A stretch of DNA of 64,000 bases from the NCBI GenBank assembly GCA_965202625.1, contig CBDBBI010000010.1, positions 192,001 to 256,000 on the forward strand. The letters run 5' to 3'. Both the position numbers and the translations under genes were made by a program. Below, one piece after another: positions 9,186 through 18,782 of the stretch. Origin of the DNA: a bacterium (GTDB lineage Bacteria > UBA8248). The notes under the pieces are model-generated. The model worked only from the letters and a program-made list of their open reading frames with translations, was not told the DNA's origin and did not search any database. How positions within the stretch are numbered: the stretch's first letter is position 1; each line of letters starts with the position of its first letter.

Positions 9186-10300
9186 CAATAGCTCACCATA
9201 TAAAGCTCGCCCGCCTCCTTCGCCACTCGCGCCTCCTCCCTTACCTCTCCCCAAACCCGTAAGCGCCATAGATTTCTCCCGCATGATGCGCGCGAGCAGC
9301 CGCGCTTCCACGCAGGGCGACAGAGCGTGAACGGGCGAATCAAAGTCCCAGTGGGGATAATCCGTGGCGAAGAGAAGGATTTTCTCCGCGCGCACCATGT
9401 CGAATATCTGGAGCAGATGCGCGTCCTCCTCGGGTTCCTCAATGGGCTGGATCGGCACCCGAAAGTGCGCGAAGAAATATTTGCTCGGCAGCTTCTTGAG
9501 TCAGAGCACCTCCGGGCGCATTCCCCGATAGTTCTTGCCGAGCCGCCACAGCAGCTCCGAAATCCAGGAGGGGCCGCTCTTGATGAGCGCGATTCTCAGC
9601 TTCCGAAGCAGCTCGAACACGCCCTCGCAGATGCAGCTGACGGCGTGTATCATGAAACACTGCTCATGGCCGTGTGCCATTCTATGTAGTCCGAAGCCGT
9701 GGGCGTCGGGGCGTTTCCCGCGCCCGTGCCGCCAAAGTGAATTCCGATCGGAAGCCTCTGCTCCTCGACGGCGGCGTATATCGGGTGATACCTCCCTTGC
9801 CATACGGGGTGTGCGAACCCACCGGAAAGAGAACCTGCGCCATGTTCGCCCGTTCGCCGACGCGCTCGATCTCCTCCACGATGTGCCGGGGGTTCTGGTG
9901 CGATGCCCCGTGATGGCGCCCCGCAGTTGCTCGTCTTTCTCCAGCCAGTGTGCGATCTTCCAGTCGTTGCGGGCGGGTGCCAGAGCCGCACCAAACTTGG
10001 GAATGCCCATGAAGGAGACGTTGTAGTAGACCCTGTTCAGAATGGCGTGGCTCACTCCGTAAGGGTTCAGGACCTGCTCTAGGAGCATGGCGAGGCTAGA
10101 GCCGACGAGTCCGCCCTCGGCGGGTATGGCGTCCTGCGGTGCATGTCGCCCCCCGTTTTGGAGTAGGGGGCGTTGGGCAACCTAGCGTAGTCGGTCTCCT
10201 CTACGTAGTTACTCGGCCGGTAGATAGGGCAAGGAGGCGTCCATGGACGGAGGCGCGTGATGAAAGTCGGCTTCGTGTCCGTTTTTTCTTCCTCCCGCAT
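9177..10300 (-). pseudogene. Amidohydrolase_2 family metallo-hydrolase/decarboxylase, multiply frameshifted
   Basis: Family motifs spread over at least four frame segments plus an internal stop: A.NDW....WLEKD..LRG.I; EIERVG....AQVL.P; [17 protein letters not shown]; S.I.EGVFE...LRI.LI.SG.SW....WRL; QPIEEP; [15 protein letters not shown]. Confidence 0.85.
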
Positions 10301-10347
10301 GTAAGCCCTCGCGTCTCCTCGTTGGGGAAACGGGGCTTGTCTGGCGA

Positions 10348-11094
10348 TTATGCGAGCAAAAGACGAATCGATCCGCCCAGGGCGATGCCCAGCACGCAGA
10401 GGTTGAACGCACGCCCGCTGAGCCTGTCCTGAACCCAGGCGCCGGCCTTAAGTCCCAGCCACAGGGCGGGGAGGCCGATGACGCTCGCCCAGAGGGTGTC
10501 CGCCGTGACGACGGAAACCTGCCAATAGGCGATGACCTTGATGGGATTCATCACGGCGTAGAGGCTCCATATCGTGCTGATCATGGCGCGTTTTTCCAGT
10601 TTCTGGCTGATGAGGATGGGGGTGAGGAAGATCGCCCCGCTGTTGGCGAGTGCGGAGCACAGCCCGCTCATAAGACCGAAGCCCGCACCCTGCCAGATGG
10701 GCAGGGGAGGGATGTCAAAGGGCCGGCCCCTGAGCTCGATGCCCGTGTGATACAGGGCGAGAGAGAAGCAGATGACGCCGATGACGGCTTTCAACCCCGC
10801 CCCCGGAAGCCAGGTGAGGAGCCAAACGCCGCAGAGGATTCCGAAGACGATTCCGGGGGCGAGAATGAGCACGTAGCGCGTGCTCCACTTCCCCCAGAGA
10901 TCGAATGCCGCCCCTAGCCCCGCCCAGCAGCTGAGGAGCGCGATGAGGCCCAGGGAGAAAGTGGGCGAGAAGGCGAATATGAGGAAGGGGGTGATGGCGA
11001 GGCCCACGCCCGCTCCGAACGTGCGCACCAGAAAGCCGTTGCAAAAGGCCGCAGCAAGGACGAAAGCCCACGCGAGCGTGGAGAAATCGGGCAT
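10348..11094 (-). CDS. TauE/SafE sulfite exporter family protein
   Basis: 248 aa, about 8 TM helices, G.G.GL..TP.L and duplicated G..SG..SA half, C-terminal G.W...RL.....FN motif. Confidence 0.8.
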   Translation of the reverse strand: MPDFSTLAWAFVLAAAFCNGFLVRTFGAGVGLAITPFLIFAFSPTFSLGLIALLSCWAGLGAAFDLWGKWSTRYVLILAPGIVFGILCGVWLLTWLPGAGLKAVIGVICFSLALYHTGIELRGRPFDIPPLPIWQGAGFGLMSGLCSALANSGAIFLTPILISQKLEKRAMISTIWSLYAVMNPIKVIAYWQVSVVTADTLWASVIGLPALWLGLKAGAWVQDRLSGRAFNLCVLGIALGGSIRLLLA

Positions 11095-11097
11095 GGG

Positions 11098-11844
11098 TCA
11101 ATTCGACTCGAGAAGCAGGCGCAAGGCTGCAGCGATGGAGAGGAGCAGAAAGATGCGCGTGAAGCCTTTTTGTGGAATGCGCTCAAGCGTCCGCTTGCCG
11201 CACCAGCTTCCAGCCCACGCCAGGGGAAAGGCGAGGAAGCCGACCACGAGCATCTGCGTTTTCACGACGCCCCCAAACCACAGCGAGGCGACCTTGAGGG
11301 GGTTCACCCAGAACCACGTGCCGAGAATGCTTGCCACCACCGCCGTTTTGGAAAGCCCCTGACTGATGAAGAACAGGCTCAAAACGAGTCCGCCCGAATG
11401 AAACATAGCGCTTATGATTCCGCCTCCCACGCCGATTCCCACCCCCGCCGCGGCGCTGATGGGCGGCGGCTGCATCTCTCCGCGTGCCTCCCGCCAGACG
11501 AGCAGAGCGGCGAAGCAGACGCACGCGACCCCGATTCCCTTGCGCAGCCAGTAATCCGGCAGGCGCACGAGCGCGTAGACGCCGATGATGATTCCCACGT
11601 AGAAACCGGGCACCAGAAAGCGCAGGAAGCGGGCCTCCCATTGCTTCCAGAACATCGGCAGGGCGAACAGGTCGGTCACCCACATGACGACGGCCACGAT
11701 TCCGATGATGAAGCGCGTGGGCCAGAACATGATCAGGACTGGAACGAGAAAGACGCCGATTCCGGAGCTGAAAGTGGTTTTGAGAAAACCGACGAAAAAG
11801 GCGGCGATCCCGACGGCGAACAGCTGATGATTCGCGTATTCCAA
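11098..11844 (-). CDS. TauE/SafE sulfite exporter family protein
   Basis: 248 aa, GFLK..F..G.G...VP.L, G..GG.ISA..H.GG, NP.K; paralogue of the adjacent gene. Confidence 0.85.
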   Translation of the reverse strand: MEYANHQLFAVGIAAFFVGFLKTTFSSGIGVFLVPVLIMFWPTRFIIGIVAVVMWVTDLFALPMFWKQWEARFLRFLVPGFYVGIIIGVYALVRLPDYWLRKGIGVACVCFAALLVWREARGEMQPPPISAAAGVGIGVGGGIISAMFHSGGLVLSLFFISQGLSKTAVVASILGTWFWVNPLKVASLWFGGVVKTQMLVVGFLAFPLAWAGSWCGKRTLERIPQKGFTRIFLLLSIAAALRLLLESN

Positions 11845-12131
11845 AACGTCCCCTGCTTGCCTGTAATGGAACGGGAGACAAGCCTAGCGATTCAAGGGCG
11901 GCGGAACAAGCACTCGCGCGGGTTCGCGGCAAAAACCGGATTCGCTCTTTCGGGGAGTTCGATTATACGTTTTGACGAACCACTGCTCGTTCTCCCTCAT
12001 TTTGGAGGCTTCGGGAGAGGAGGATTTGTGGAAAAAGCATTTCCACTTAGGGAGGAGCATCCCCGATTCCGCTCTCTGCGCGCCGCGCGTGGTCGTTAAA
12101 CGGAATGGAGAGGGAGCGCGGCGAAATGCGC

Positions 12132-12389
12132 CTAAAACGTGACGATCCCCCCTTTGACGCCGAGGAGTTTGGATATCAGGCCGTGAAAGTAATAGACGTC
12201 CAGAAGCGTCAGGGCGATGAGAAGCGCTACGAATATGAGTATGAGGCCGGCGACGAAGCAAGGGAGCTGGGCGATGGCGTGAAATACCCCTCCTGCTTTC
12301 CCCGCCCGGAGAGGATAGCCGCAGTGTGGACAGGAGACGGCCTTCGTGCTCAGGGTGCCCTTGCATTCGGGACAATCGAGGAGGGCCAT
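12132..12389 (-). CDS. Small zinc-ribbon membrane protein
   Basis: MALLDCPECKG..S.KA.SCPHCG.PL followed by one TM helix. Confidence 0.7.
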   Translation of the reverse strand: MALLDCPECKGTLSTKAVSCPHCGYPLRAGKAGGVFHAIAQLPCFVAGLILIFVALLIALTLLDVYYFHGLISKLLGVKGGIVTF

Positions 12390-12390
12390 T

Positions 12391-14337
12391 TCACAGCGCC
12401 TCCTTGATGGCGTAGAGAAACGCCGGCGTCTCGATGGAGGAGACGTCGATGCGCGCCGGGTCCGCGCCTAGATATACTTTCTTGATGGCGGCGCGAACGA
12501 TTTTGGCCGAGCGGGTCTTGGGCAGTGCGCGGACGAACTTGACTTTCTCGGGCCGTAAACTTTTTCCGAGATATTTTACGGTTTCTTCTTTCAGGGTTTC
12601 CCTCAGCGCGTCCGTCGGTTCGTGGTTCTCGGCGAGCACCACGAAACAGCACAGACCCTCCCCCTTGATGGGGTGCGGCGCGCCGATGACGGCGGCCTCC
12701 ACGACGGCTGGATGGGCGATGAGAGCCGCCTCCACCTCGGCGGGCCCCACGCGCTTGCCCGCGACGTTGATGGTGTCGTCCGAGCGGCCATAGAGATACC
12801 ATTGGCCATCCGCATCCGCTCGTGCCCAGTCGCCGTGATACCAGACGTCAGGCCACCGGGAGAAATACGTCTCCATGTAGCGTGCGTCGTCTTTCAGAAA
12901 ACTTTTCGTCATCGAGGGGGTCGGCTGCTTACACACGAGATGGCCGATCTCACCGCGCACGGATTCTCCCGCCTCGTTGAACACGTCCGTGTCCGCCCCA
13001 AGGGCGGGGCCGCCCAGAGAGCAGGGCGTAAGTGGAACGATGGGGTAGGGCTGAAGCAGGCAGCCGCAAAGCTCGGTGCCGCCCGAGATGTTCATGATGG
13101 GACACCGCCCCCCTCCCACCTTCTCGAAGAACCACATGTAGGATTCCCGATCCCAAGGCTCGCCGGTCGAACCCAGTATTCGCAATTTCGATAGGTCGTG
13201 TTTTTCCACCCATTCGTCGCCCTGGCTGATCAACAGCCGAATCGCAGTGGGCGAGACGCCGAAGGTCGTCACCCCGTGATCGCTCAGGAGCTTCCAGAGA
13301 CGGTCGGTCTCCGGCCAGTTAGGCGCCCCCTCGTAGATGAGGTAGGCGCCGCCCCCGAACTGGACCCCTATCATCTCCCAGGGGCCCATCATCCAGCCGA
13401 TGTCCGTCACCCAGAAGAAGACGTCCGCATCCCTTAAGTCGAGACAATATCGAATCTCTTTCGCCACGTTGAGCATACAGCCTGCGTGGGTGTGCACCGT
13501 GCCCTTGGGTTTTCCCGTCGTGCCCGAGGTGTAGATGATAAGAGAATGGGCCTCGGCGGGCAGGCGCTCGGTTGCTGCGGCGTCTGACTGCCCCCGGACG
13601 AAATCCTTCCACGAGACGTCTCGCCCCTCCCGCATGGGGACGCGCGTTCCGGTTCTTCTGAAAACCACCACTTTTTCGACCCCCGTCCCGACATCGAGCG
13701 CCGCATCCAGCAGGGATTTTACGCCGACCTCCTTGCCTCGGCGCAGGCCTGCGTTCGACGTGAATACGAGTCGCGCCTCGGCGTGGGCGAGACGCTCGGC
13801 GACGGCCTCGGGGCCGAAGCCGGAGAAGATGGGAATCGCGACGACCCCGATTTTCAGGCAGGCGAACATGGCGAAGACAGTCTCGGGAATCATGGGCATG
13901 AAGATGCCTGCGCTCTCTCCTGGACGCATTCCCATTCCGCGCATGGCGTTCGCCAGCCGGCAGACGTGGGTGTTCATCTGCGCGTAGGTGAAGCGGCGGA
14001 CCTCGCCGCCGTCGCCCTCCCAGACGAGGGCCGTTCTGTCGCGCGCCGGAGTCGCGAGATGCCTATCGATGCAGTTGTGGACGATGTTGATCTCACCGCC
14101 TAGAAACCACTTCGTCCAGGGGAGGCCGCCCGATTGGTCGACGATTTTCTCATACGGCTTGAACCAAGAGACGCCCATGTCCTTTTCCAGCGTCTCCCAG
14201 AAGCGGCCGACGTCCTCTCTGGAGAAGGCAAGGAGCGTCTCGTAGTCGGCGAGGTCGTTTTTGCGCATGAAGCGCGCGACGTTCGAGTTCTCGATAAAAT
14301 CCTTGCTCGGCCGCCAGATGATGTCGTTCGCGCTCAC
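12391..14337 (-). CDS. Acetate/short-chain acyl-CoA ligase (Acs family), copy 1
   Basis: YTSGTTGKPKG, TDIGWMMG, GSTGEPW, SGGTE, GRSDD, catalytic PKTRSAKI.R. Confidence 0.92.
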   Translation of the reverse strand: MSANDIIWRPSKDFIENSNVARFMRKNDLADYETLLAFSREDVGRFWETLEKDMGVSWFKPYEKIVDQSGGLPWTKWFLGGEINIVHNCIDRHLATPARDRTALVWEGDGGEVRRFTYAQMNTHVCRLANAMRGMGMRPGESAGIFMPMIPETVFAMFACLKIGVVAIPIFSGFGPEAVAERLAHAEARLVFTSNAGLRRGKEVGVKSLLDAALDVGTGVEKVVVFRRTGTRVPMREGRDVSWKDFVRGQSDAAATERLPAEAHSLIIYTSGTTGKPKGTVHTHAGCMLNVAKEIRYCLDLRDADVFFWVTDIGWMMGPWEMIGVQFGGGAYLIYEGAPNWPETDRLWKLLSDHGVTTFGVSPTAIRLLISQGDEWVEKHDLSKLRILGSTGEPWDRESYMWFFEKVGGGRCPIMNISGGTELCGCLLQPYPIVPLTPCSLGGPALGADTDVFNEAGESVRGEIGHLVCKQPTPSMTKSFLKDDARYMETYFSRWPDVWYHGDWARADADGQWYLYGRSDDTINVAGKRVGPAEVEAALIAHPAVVEAAVIGAPHPIKGEGLCCFVVLAENHEPTDALRETLKEETVKYLGKSLRPEKVKFVRALPKTRSAKIVRAAIKKVYLGADPARIDVSSIETPAFLYAIKEAL

Positions 14338-14527
14338 GGCTTCTCCTCCTCGCGCGGTCGTTACGCCATCCGGCTCTCATACGCTAGACGCATGAGTTCC
14401 TTGAGAGCATCGGCGCGGTTCTCGATTTCGTCCCCACTTTCCCAGGGTGGGATGATTTCTCAGGGGGATTCTTTGAGGTTTTTGGTAGTTCTCCAAGTCC
14501 ATCTTCTTTCCGTGCCTGCGGGCGGTG

Positions 14528-16474
14528 CTAGATCGCTTCCCGAATGGCGTCGAGATGCGCGGGGTTCTCAAGGGAGTTCATATCCATGTGGTCTACCGGC
14601 TCGCCCAGATAGACCTTCTTGATCGCGCTGCGCACGATTTTCGCTGAGCGCGTCTTGGGCAACGCCCGAACGAACCGGACCGCATCGGGCCTCAAACTCT
14701 TGCCCAGATATTCCACCGCTTGATCTTTGAGCTCCTCGCGCAGTGCGTCGCTCGGCGCGTAGGAATCCAGCATGACGACGAAGCACGTGAGGCCCTCCCC
14801 CTTCACCGGATGCGGCGTTCCGACCACCGCCGCCTCGATGACGCCCGGGTGCTTGATGAGTTCGGATTCGATCTCGTTCGGTCCCACGCGCTTTCCCGAC
14901 ACCTTGATGGTGTCGTCCGAGCGGCCGTAGAGATACCAGAGTCCCTTCTCGTCCACCTTGGCCCAGTCGCCGTGATACCAGACGCCCTCCCAGCGCGAGA
15001 AATAGGTTTCGACGTAGCGCTCCGGCTCCTTCCAGAAGCCGTTGGTGAGCGAGGGGATGGGTTGTTTGAGCACGAGGTGGCCCACCTCGCCGCGAATCGG
15101 CTTCGCGTCCTCGCCGAACACGTCCGTGTCCGTGCCCATGGCCGGCGCCCCCAGCGTGCAAGGGGCGAGCGCCATGACGGGAAGGGGCTGGAGGAGGCAG
15201 GCGCCGATCTCCGTGCCGCCCGATATGTTCATGATTGGACAGCGCGAGCCGCCCACTTTCTCGAAAAACCACATGTAGGACTCCGTGTCCCAAGGCTCGC
15301 CCGTAGAGCCGAGAACGCGCAGGGAGGAGAGGTCGTGCTTCTCCACCCACGCATCGCCTGCGCTGATCAGAACGCGCACCGCGGTGGGCGAAAGGCCAAG
15401 ATGGCTGATTCCGTGTCGGGCGACGATTTGCCAGAGGCGATCGGGCGCGGGGTGGTTCGGCACGCTCTCATACAGGAGGCAGGAATGCCCGCTGAAGTGT
15501 GCGCCCACCAGTTCATAGGGCGCCATGACCCAGCCGAAGTCCGTGACCCAGAAAACCGTGTCTCCATCGCGCATGTCGAGACAGTATTTGAGCTCTCGTC
15601 CGGGGCCGCTCATCAGGCCGGCGTGGGTATAGACGGCGCCCTTGGGCTTTCCGGTGGTGCCGGAAGTGTACATGATCATAGAGACGGCGTCTGCGGGGAG
15701 CCGCTCGGTCTTCGCCTCAGCGGGTTGGCCCTTCACGAAGGCGTCCCAGGTGACGTCGCGCCCCGCCTGCATGGGAACGTCCTCGCCCGAGCGCTGGACG
15801 ACGACGACCCTTTCCACCATCACGCCCTGCTCCAGCGCGGCGTCCGCCGTGCCTTTGAGGGGAATATGCTTGCCCCGGCGAACGGCACCGTCGGCCGTGA
15901 ACAGAATGCGCGCCTCCGCGTGAATCAACCGCTCGGCCAGTCCTTCAGGACCGAAGCCGGAGAAAACGGGCAACACCGCCACCCCCGTCTTAAAGCACGC
16001 GTACATGACGATGGCGGCCTCGGGCACCATGGGGAGGAACACGCCCGCCACGTCCCCTGGCTTGAGTCCCATATCACGCATGGCGTTTGCCAGTCGGGAG
16101 ACTTCCGCCGAGAGTTCGGCGTAGGTGAATTCTCGCGTCTCTCCCGTATCGCTCTCCCAGAGGAGCGCGGTCTGATTCCTTCGCGCACTCGCGGCGTGAC
16201 GATCGATGCAGTTCAGTACAATGTTCGTCTCCCCGCCCACGAACCACTTCGCCCAGGGAAAGCCGCCGCTCAGGTCCAGCAACTCGTCATAGGGCCTGTA
16301 CCACGCAAGCTCCATGTCTTCGAGCACGACTTCCCAGAAGCGGCGGATGTCCTCAACCGACCATTTCAGAAACTCTCGGTGATCGGCGATGTCGAGTTTT
16401 TTCATCAGCTTGGCCACGTGGCTGTTCGTCAGAAAATCTTCGTTGGGTCGCCATATGACGTCCGAGGTGTTCAC
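14528..16474 (-). CDS. Acetate/short-chain acyl-CoA ligase (Acs family), copy 2
   Basis: Same motifs as copy 1 (YTSGTTGKPKG, SGGTE, PKTRSAKI); GTG start at 16474 chosen by alignment to copy 1 (D.IWRP) and upstream GGAGAGG. Confidence 0.92.
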   Translation of the reverse strand: MNTSDVIWRPNEDFLTNSHVAKLMKKLDIADHREFLKWSVEDIRRFWEVVLEDMELAWYRPYDELLDLSGGFPWAKWFVGGETNIVLNCIDRHAASARRNQTALLWESDTGETREFTYAELSAEVSRLANAMRDMGLKPGDVAGVFLPMVPEAAIVMYACFKTGVAVLPVFSGFGPEGLAERLIHAEARILFTADGAVRRGKHIPLKGTADAALEQGVMVERVVVVQRSGEDVPMQAGRDVTWDAFVKGQPAEAKTERLPADAVSMIMYTSGTTGKPKGAVYTHAGLMSGPGRELKYCLDMRDGDTVFWVTDFGWVMAPYELVGAHFSGHSCLLYESVPNHPAPDRLWQIVARHGISHLGLSPTAVRVLISAGDAWVEKHDLSSLRVLGSTGEPWDTESYMWFFEKVGGSRCPIMNISGGTEIGACLLQPLPVMALAPCTLGAPAMGTDTDVFGEDAKPIRGEVGHLVLKQPIPSLTNGFWKEPERYVETYFSRWEGVWYHGDWAKVDEKGLWYLYGRSDDTIKVSGKRVGPNEIESELIKHPGVIEAAVVGTPHPVKGEGLTCFVVMLDSYAPSDALREELKDQAVEYLGKSLRPDAVRFVRALPKTRSAKIVRSAIKKVYLGEPVDHMDMNSLENPAHLDAIREAI

Positions 16475-16490
16475 CTGGATTTCCTCTCCG

Positions 16491-17312
16491 TTATTTTCTG
16501 GCGTGATCCTGAATCCATACTTTGACGCGTGGGAACACGTACTCGTCCACCTCGCCCCACGCCCCACCGTCCACTTTGGCGGGCGGATCGTGCGCGCCCG
16601 CTTCGAGCTCCTCCATATTTTGCGCCAGCTCGCCGATGATGGAAGGATCCGGATAGGGGTCGGTATGTCCCGACGTTATCCACCGCACCTCTTTCTCCCG
16701 GGCGAGTTTTTCCATTTTCCTGAGCGAGGGGGCGTAGTCGGAGAGCACCGCCGTGGGTACTTGCAGGAACAGGTATTCCTCGCACCGAATCAAATCGCCC
16801 GAGACGAGAATTTTCTCCCGCTCGTCGTAGAGCGAGATGCTGCATGGAGAGTGCCCGGGCGTGTCGTAGACGTAGAACTTTCTCTCGCCGAGGTCGAAGC
16901 TGTCGCTTTCCTGAAGCGTCCAGCCAAACGTGGCGGGTTTGATGGCGTAGGTGTCCTCGTCGAACCAGTTGGGGAAAGCTTTGCCATTGCTCTTCCACGT
17001 GTTCACGAAAGCCTTCTCCAGCCGGGAGAAATCGTTTGCGAGTAGGTTTTTGCCGGCGGGGTGAACGCCGACTTCATCCCATTGCGCCGCCGCCCCAAGG
17101 TGGTCCCAGTGGGTGTGGGTGAGAATGAAGTCGATGGGCTTGTCCGTGATGCTCTCGTAGAGTTTTCGCAAGTTTCCGACCCCGATTCCGCCGTCGATGG
17201 CGACCGCTTTTTCATCTCCGACCAAAAGGAGCATGTTGAATCGGCCGCCTTCGGTGATTTGGTAGCTGTTCGGGGCGAATTCGTTGACGGAGTACCAGTC
17301 TTGGGTTTCCAT
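16491..17312 (-). CDS. MBL-fold metallo-hydrolase
   Basis: THTHWDH, TPGHSP, SGD and GH zinc-binding motifs. Confidence 0.9.
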   Translation of the reverse strand: METQDWYSVNEFAPNSYQITEGGRFNMLLLVGDEKAVAIDGGIGVGNLRKLYESITDKPIDFILTHTHWDHLGAAAQWDEVGVHPAGKNLLANDFSRLEKAFVNTWKSNGKAFPNWFDEDTYAIKPATFGWTLQESDSFDLGERKFYVYDTPGHSPCSISLYDEREKILVSGDLIRCEEYLFLQVPTAVLSDYAPSLRKMEKLAREKEVRWITSGHTDPYPDPSIIGELAQNMEELEAGAHDPPAKVDGGAWGEVDEYVFPRVKVWIQDHARK

Positions 17313-17868
17313 GGAGTCGCCTTTCTCGTTGAGGGATGAACCATTCACAGGTACATGGCAACAAAGAGACTATCCTCATCCTTATGGGTCTCGCCGTCCC
17401 GGGTTGAGGATTCCAATCTAGCCCCATTGCCCCGCGCGAATCAAGCGCGAGGCGCGTTTTCGAGCGACGTTCGAGCTTTTGTTTCACGCGTTTTCCCGCA
17501 GATCTTTTGAATCGGGGGCATTCTGGTACGCTCGCGCCGAAGTGGGGCGTGATTTGCGCCTTCGCTGTGTGGGGTTTTCTATTAGGTAAGGAGAATACAA
17601 GTGGTTTGTGCGAATGGCGTTTTCTGTGGGACTCTCGCTTTGTCATGTATGTGGGCGCGGGAGAGGGGAAACCGAGAAAGGGGACCCAGGTGGGGTTTCG
17701 CTACGAACACGTCCGCTTCTTGACGCGCGATGTCCGCGCCACGAAGGAGGATTTGAGGGATGCGCCCTGGGCGGTTTTCAGGCCTGGAGGAGAGGGGGAC
17801 CCCCGCTCGTTCGGGGATGTAGCTTGAGAAACCGTCCCGCCGCGCATCCGCCCTCTGCCGATACGGGC

Positions 17869-18759
17869 ATGACGCTTGAACTCGTTCTTGGTTCGCTGTT
17901 TCTCACGCTGGTGTGGGGGATGGCCCAGCCCATCATCAAGGGTGCCTACGCGGGTCTCACGCCCTTCGCCCTCATCTGGATGCGTTGCGGGGCGGGCATC
18001 CTCACTCTGACGCTCTATCGGCTCCTCACCCGTTCTCCCAACCGGGTGACCCATCCGGACGCCTGGAAGGAGAAGGGACACCGAATTCTAAGCGGCCTTT
18101 TGCATAACGTCTATATTCTATTCTTGTATCAGGGAATGTTCGGAACCACCGCCGCGCGCGCCTCGGTTCTGCTTTACACCCAGCCGATTTGGGTCATGCT
18201 GTTCAGTGCCCTGATGCTCGCGGGCGAGCGGATTACCCCCGTGCGGGCGCTCGGCTTCGCCGTGGCGATGGGCGGAACCATCACGGTGTTCTCAAATCGC
18301 CTTGGGCCGGGCAGCGCGCCTTGGGCGGACGCCTACGTCCTCCTCGCCGCCGTTCTCTGGGCGGTGCAGACGATGCACTACCGCCGATATCTCTCGAATT
18401 CGGATTTCGTGTCGATCGCCAGATGGGCCATGTTCATCGGGGCGCCGATGTATTTTCTTCTCTCCTATACGGAGCATCGCTTCGGAATCGCTTTTTTCGG
18501 AGGGGCGCAGATTTTGGCGGTCGTCTATATGGGCGTGCTGTCCAGCGCGCTCCTGCTGGCCTACTGGGGTTATTTGCTGCTCAAGTACTCACCCGCCAGA
18601 ATGTCGGTGTTCTTGTTTCTGAACCCCATCGTCGGCGTGCTAGGCAGCGCCTTCTATCTCGACGAACGACTGAGCTGGCGTCTGGCTGCGGGTGCCGCTC
18701 TGACGGCGGTCGGCGTCTGGCTGGTGACGGGAGAGGGAAGAGCGGCGCAGACGGGATAA
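17869..18759 (+). CDS. DMT/EamA family transporter
   Basis: About 10 TM helices; LLYTQPIW, FLNPIVGV..S...L.E motifs; start set at MTLELVLG. Confidence 0.88.
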   Translation: MTLELVLGSLFLTLVWGMAQPIIKGAYAGLTPFALIWMRCGAGILTLTLYRLLTRSPNRVTHPDAWKEKGHRILSGLLHNVYILFLYQGMFGTTAARASVLLYTQPIWVMLFSALMLAGERITPVRALGFAVAMGGTITVFSNRLGPGSAPWADAYVLLAAVLWAVQTMHYRRYLSNSDFVSIARWAMFIGAPMYFLLSYTEHRFGIAFFGGAQILAVVYMGVLSSALLLAYWGYLLLKYSPARMSVFLFLNPIVGVLGSAFYLDERLSWRLAAGAALTAVGVWLVTGEGRAAQTG

Positions 18760-18782
18760 GCGCCCCGCCTGTTTCCATGGAG

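Noticed and set aside
14360-14510. Possible small decayed ORF between the two Acs genes (MDLENYQK / EIIPPWESGDEIENRADALKELMRLAYESRMA)
   Set aside because: Too short and interrupted to assign to any family.
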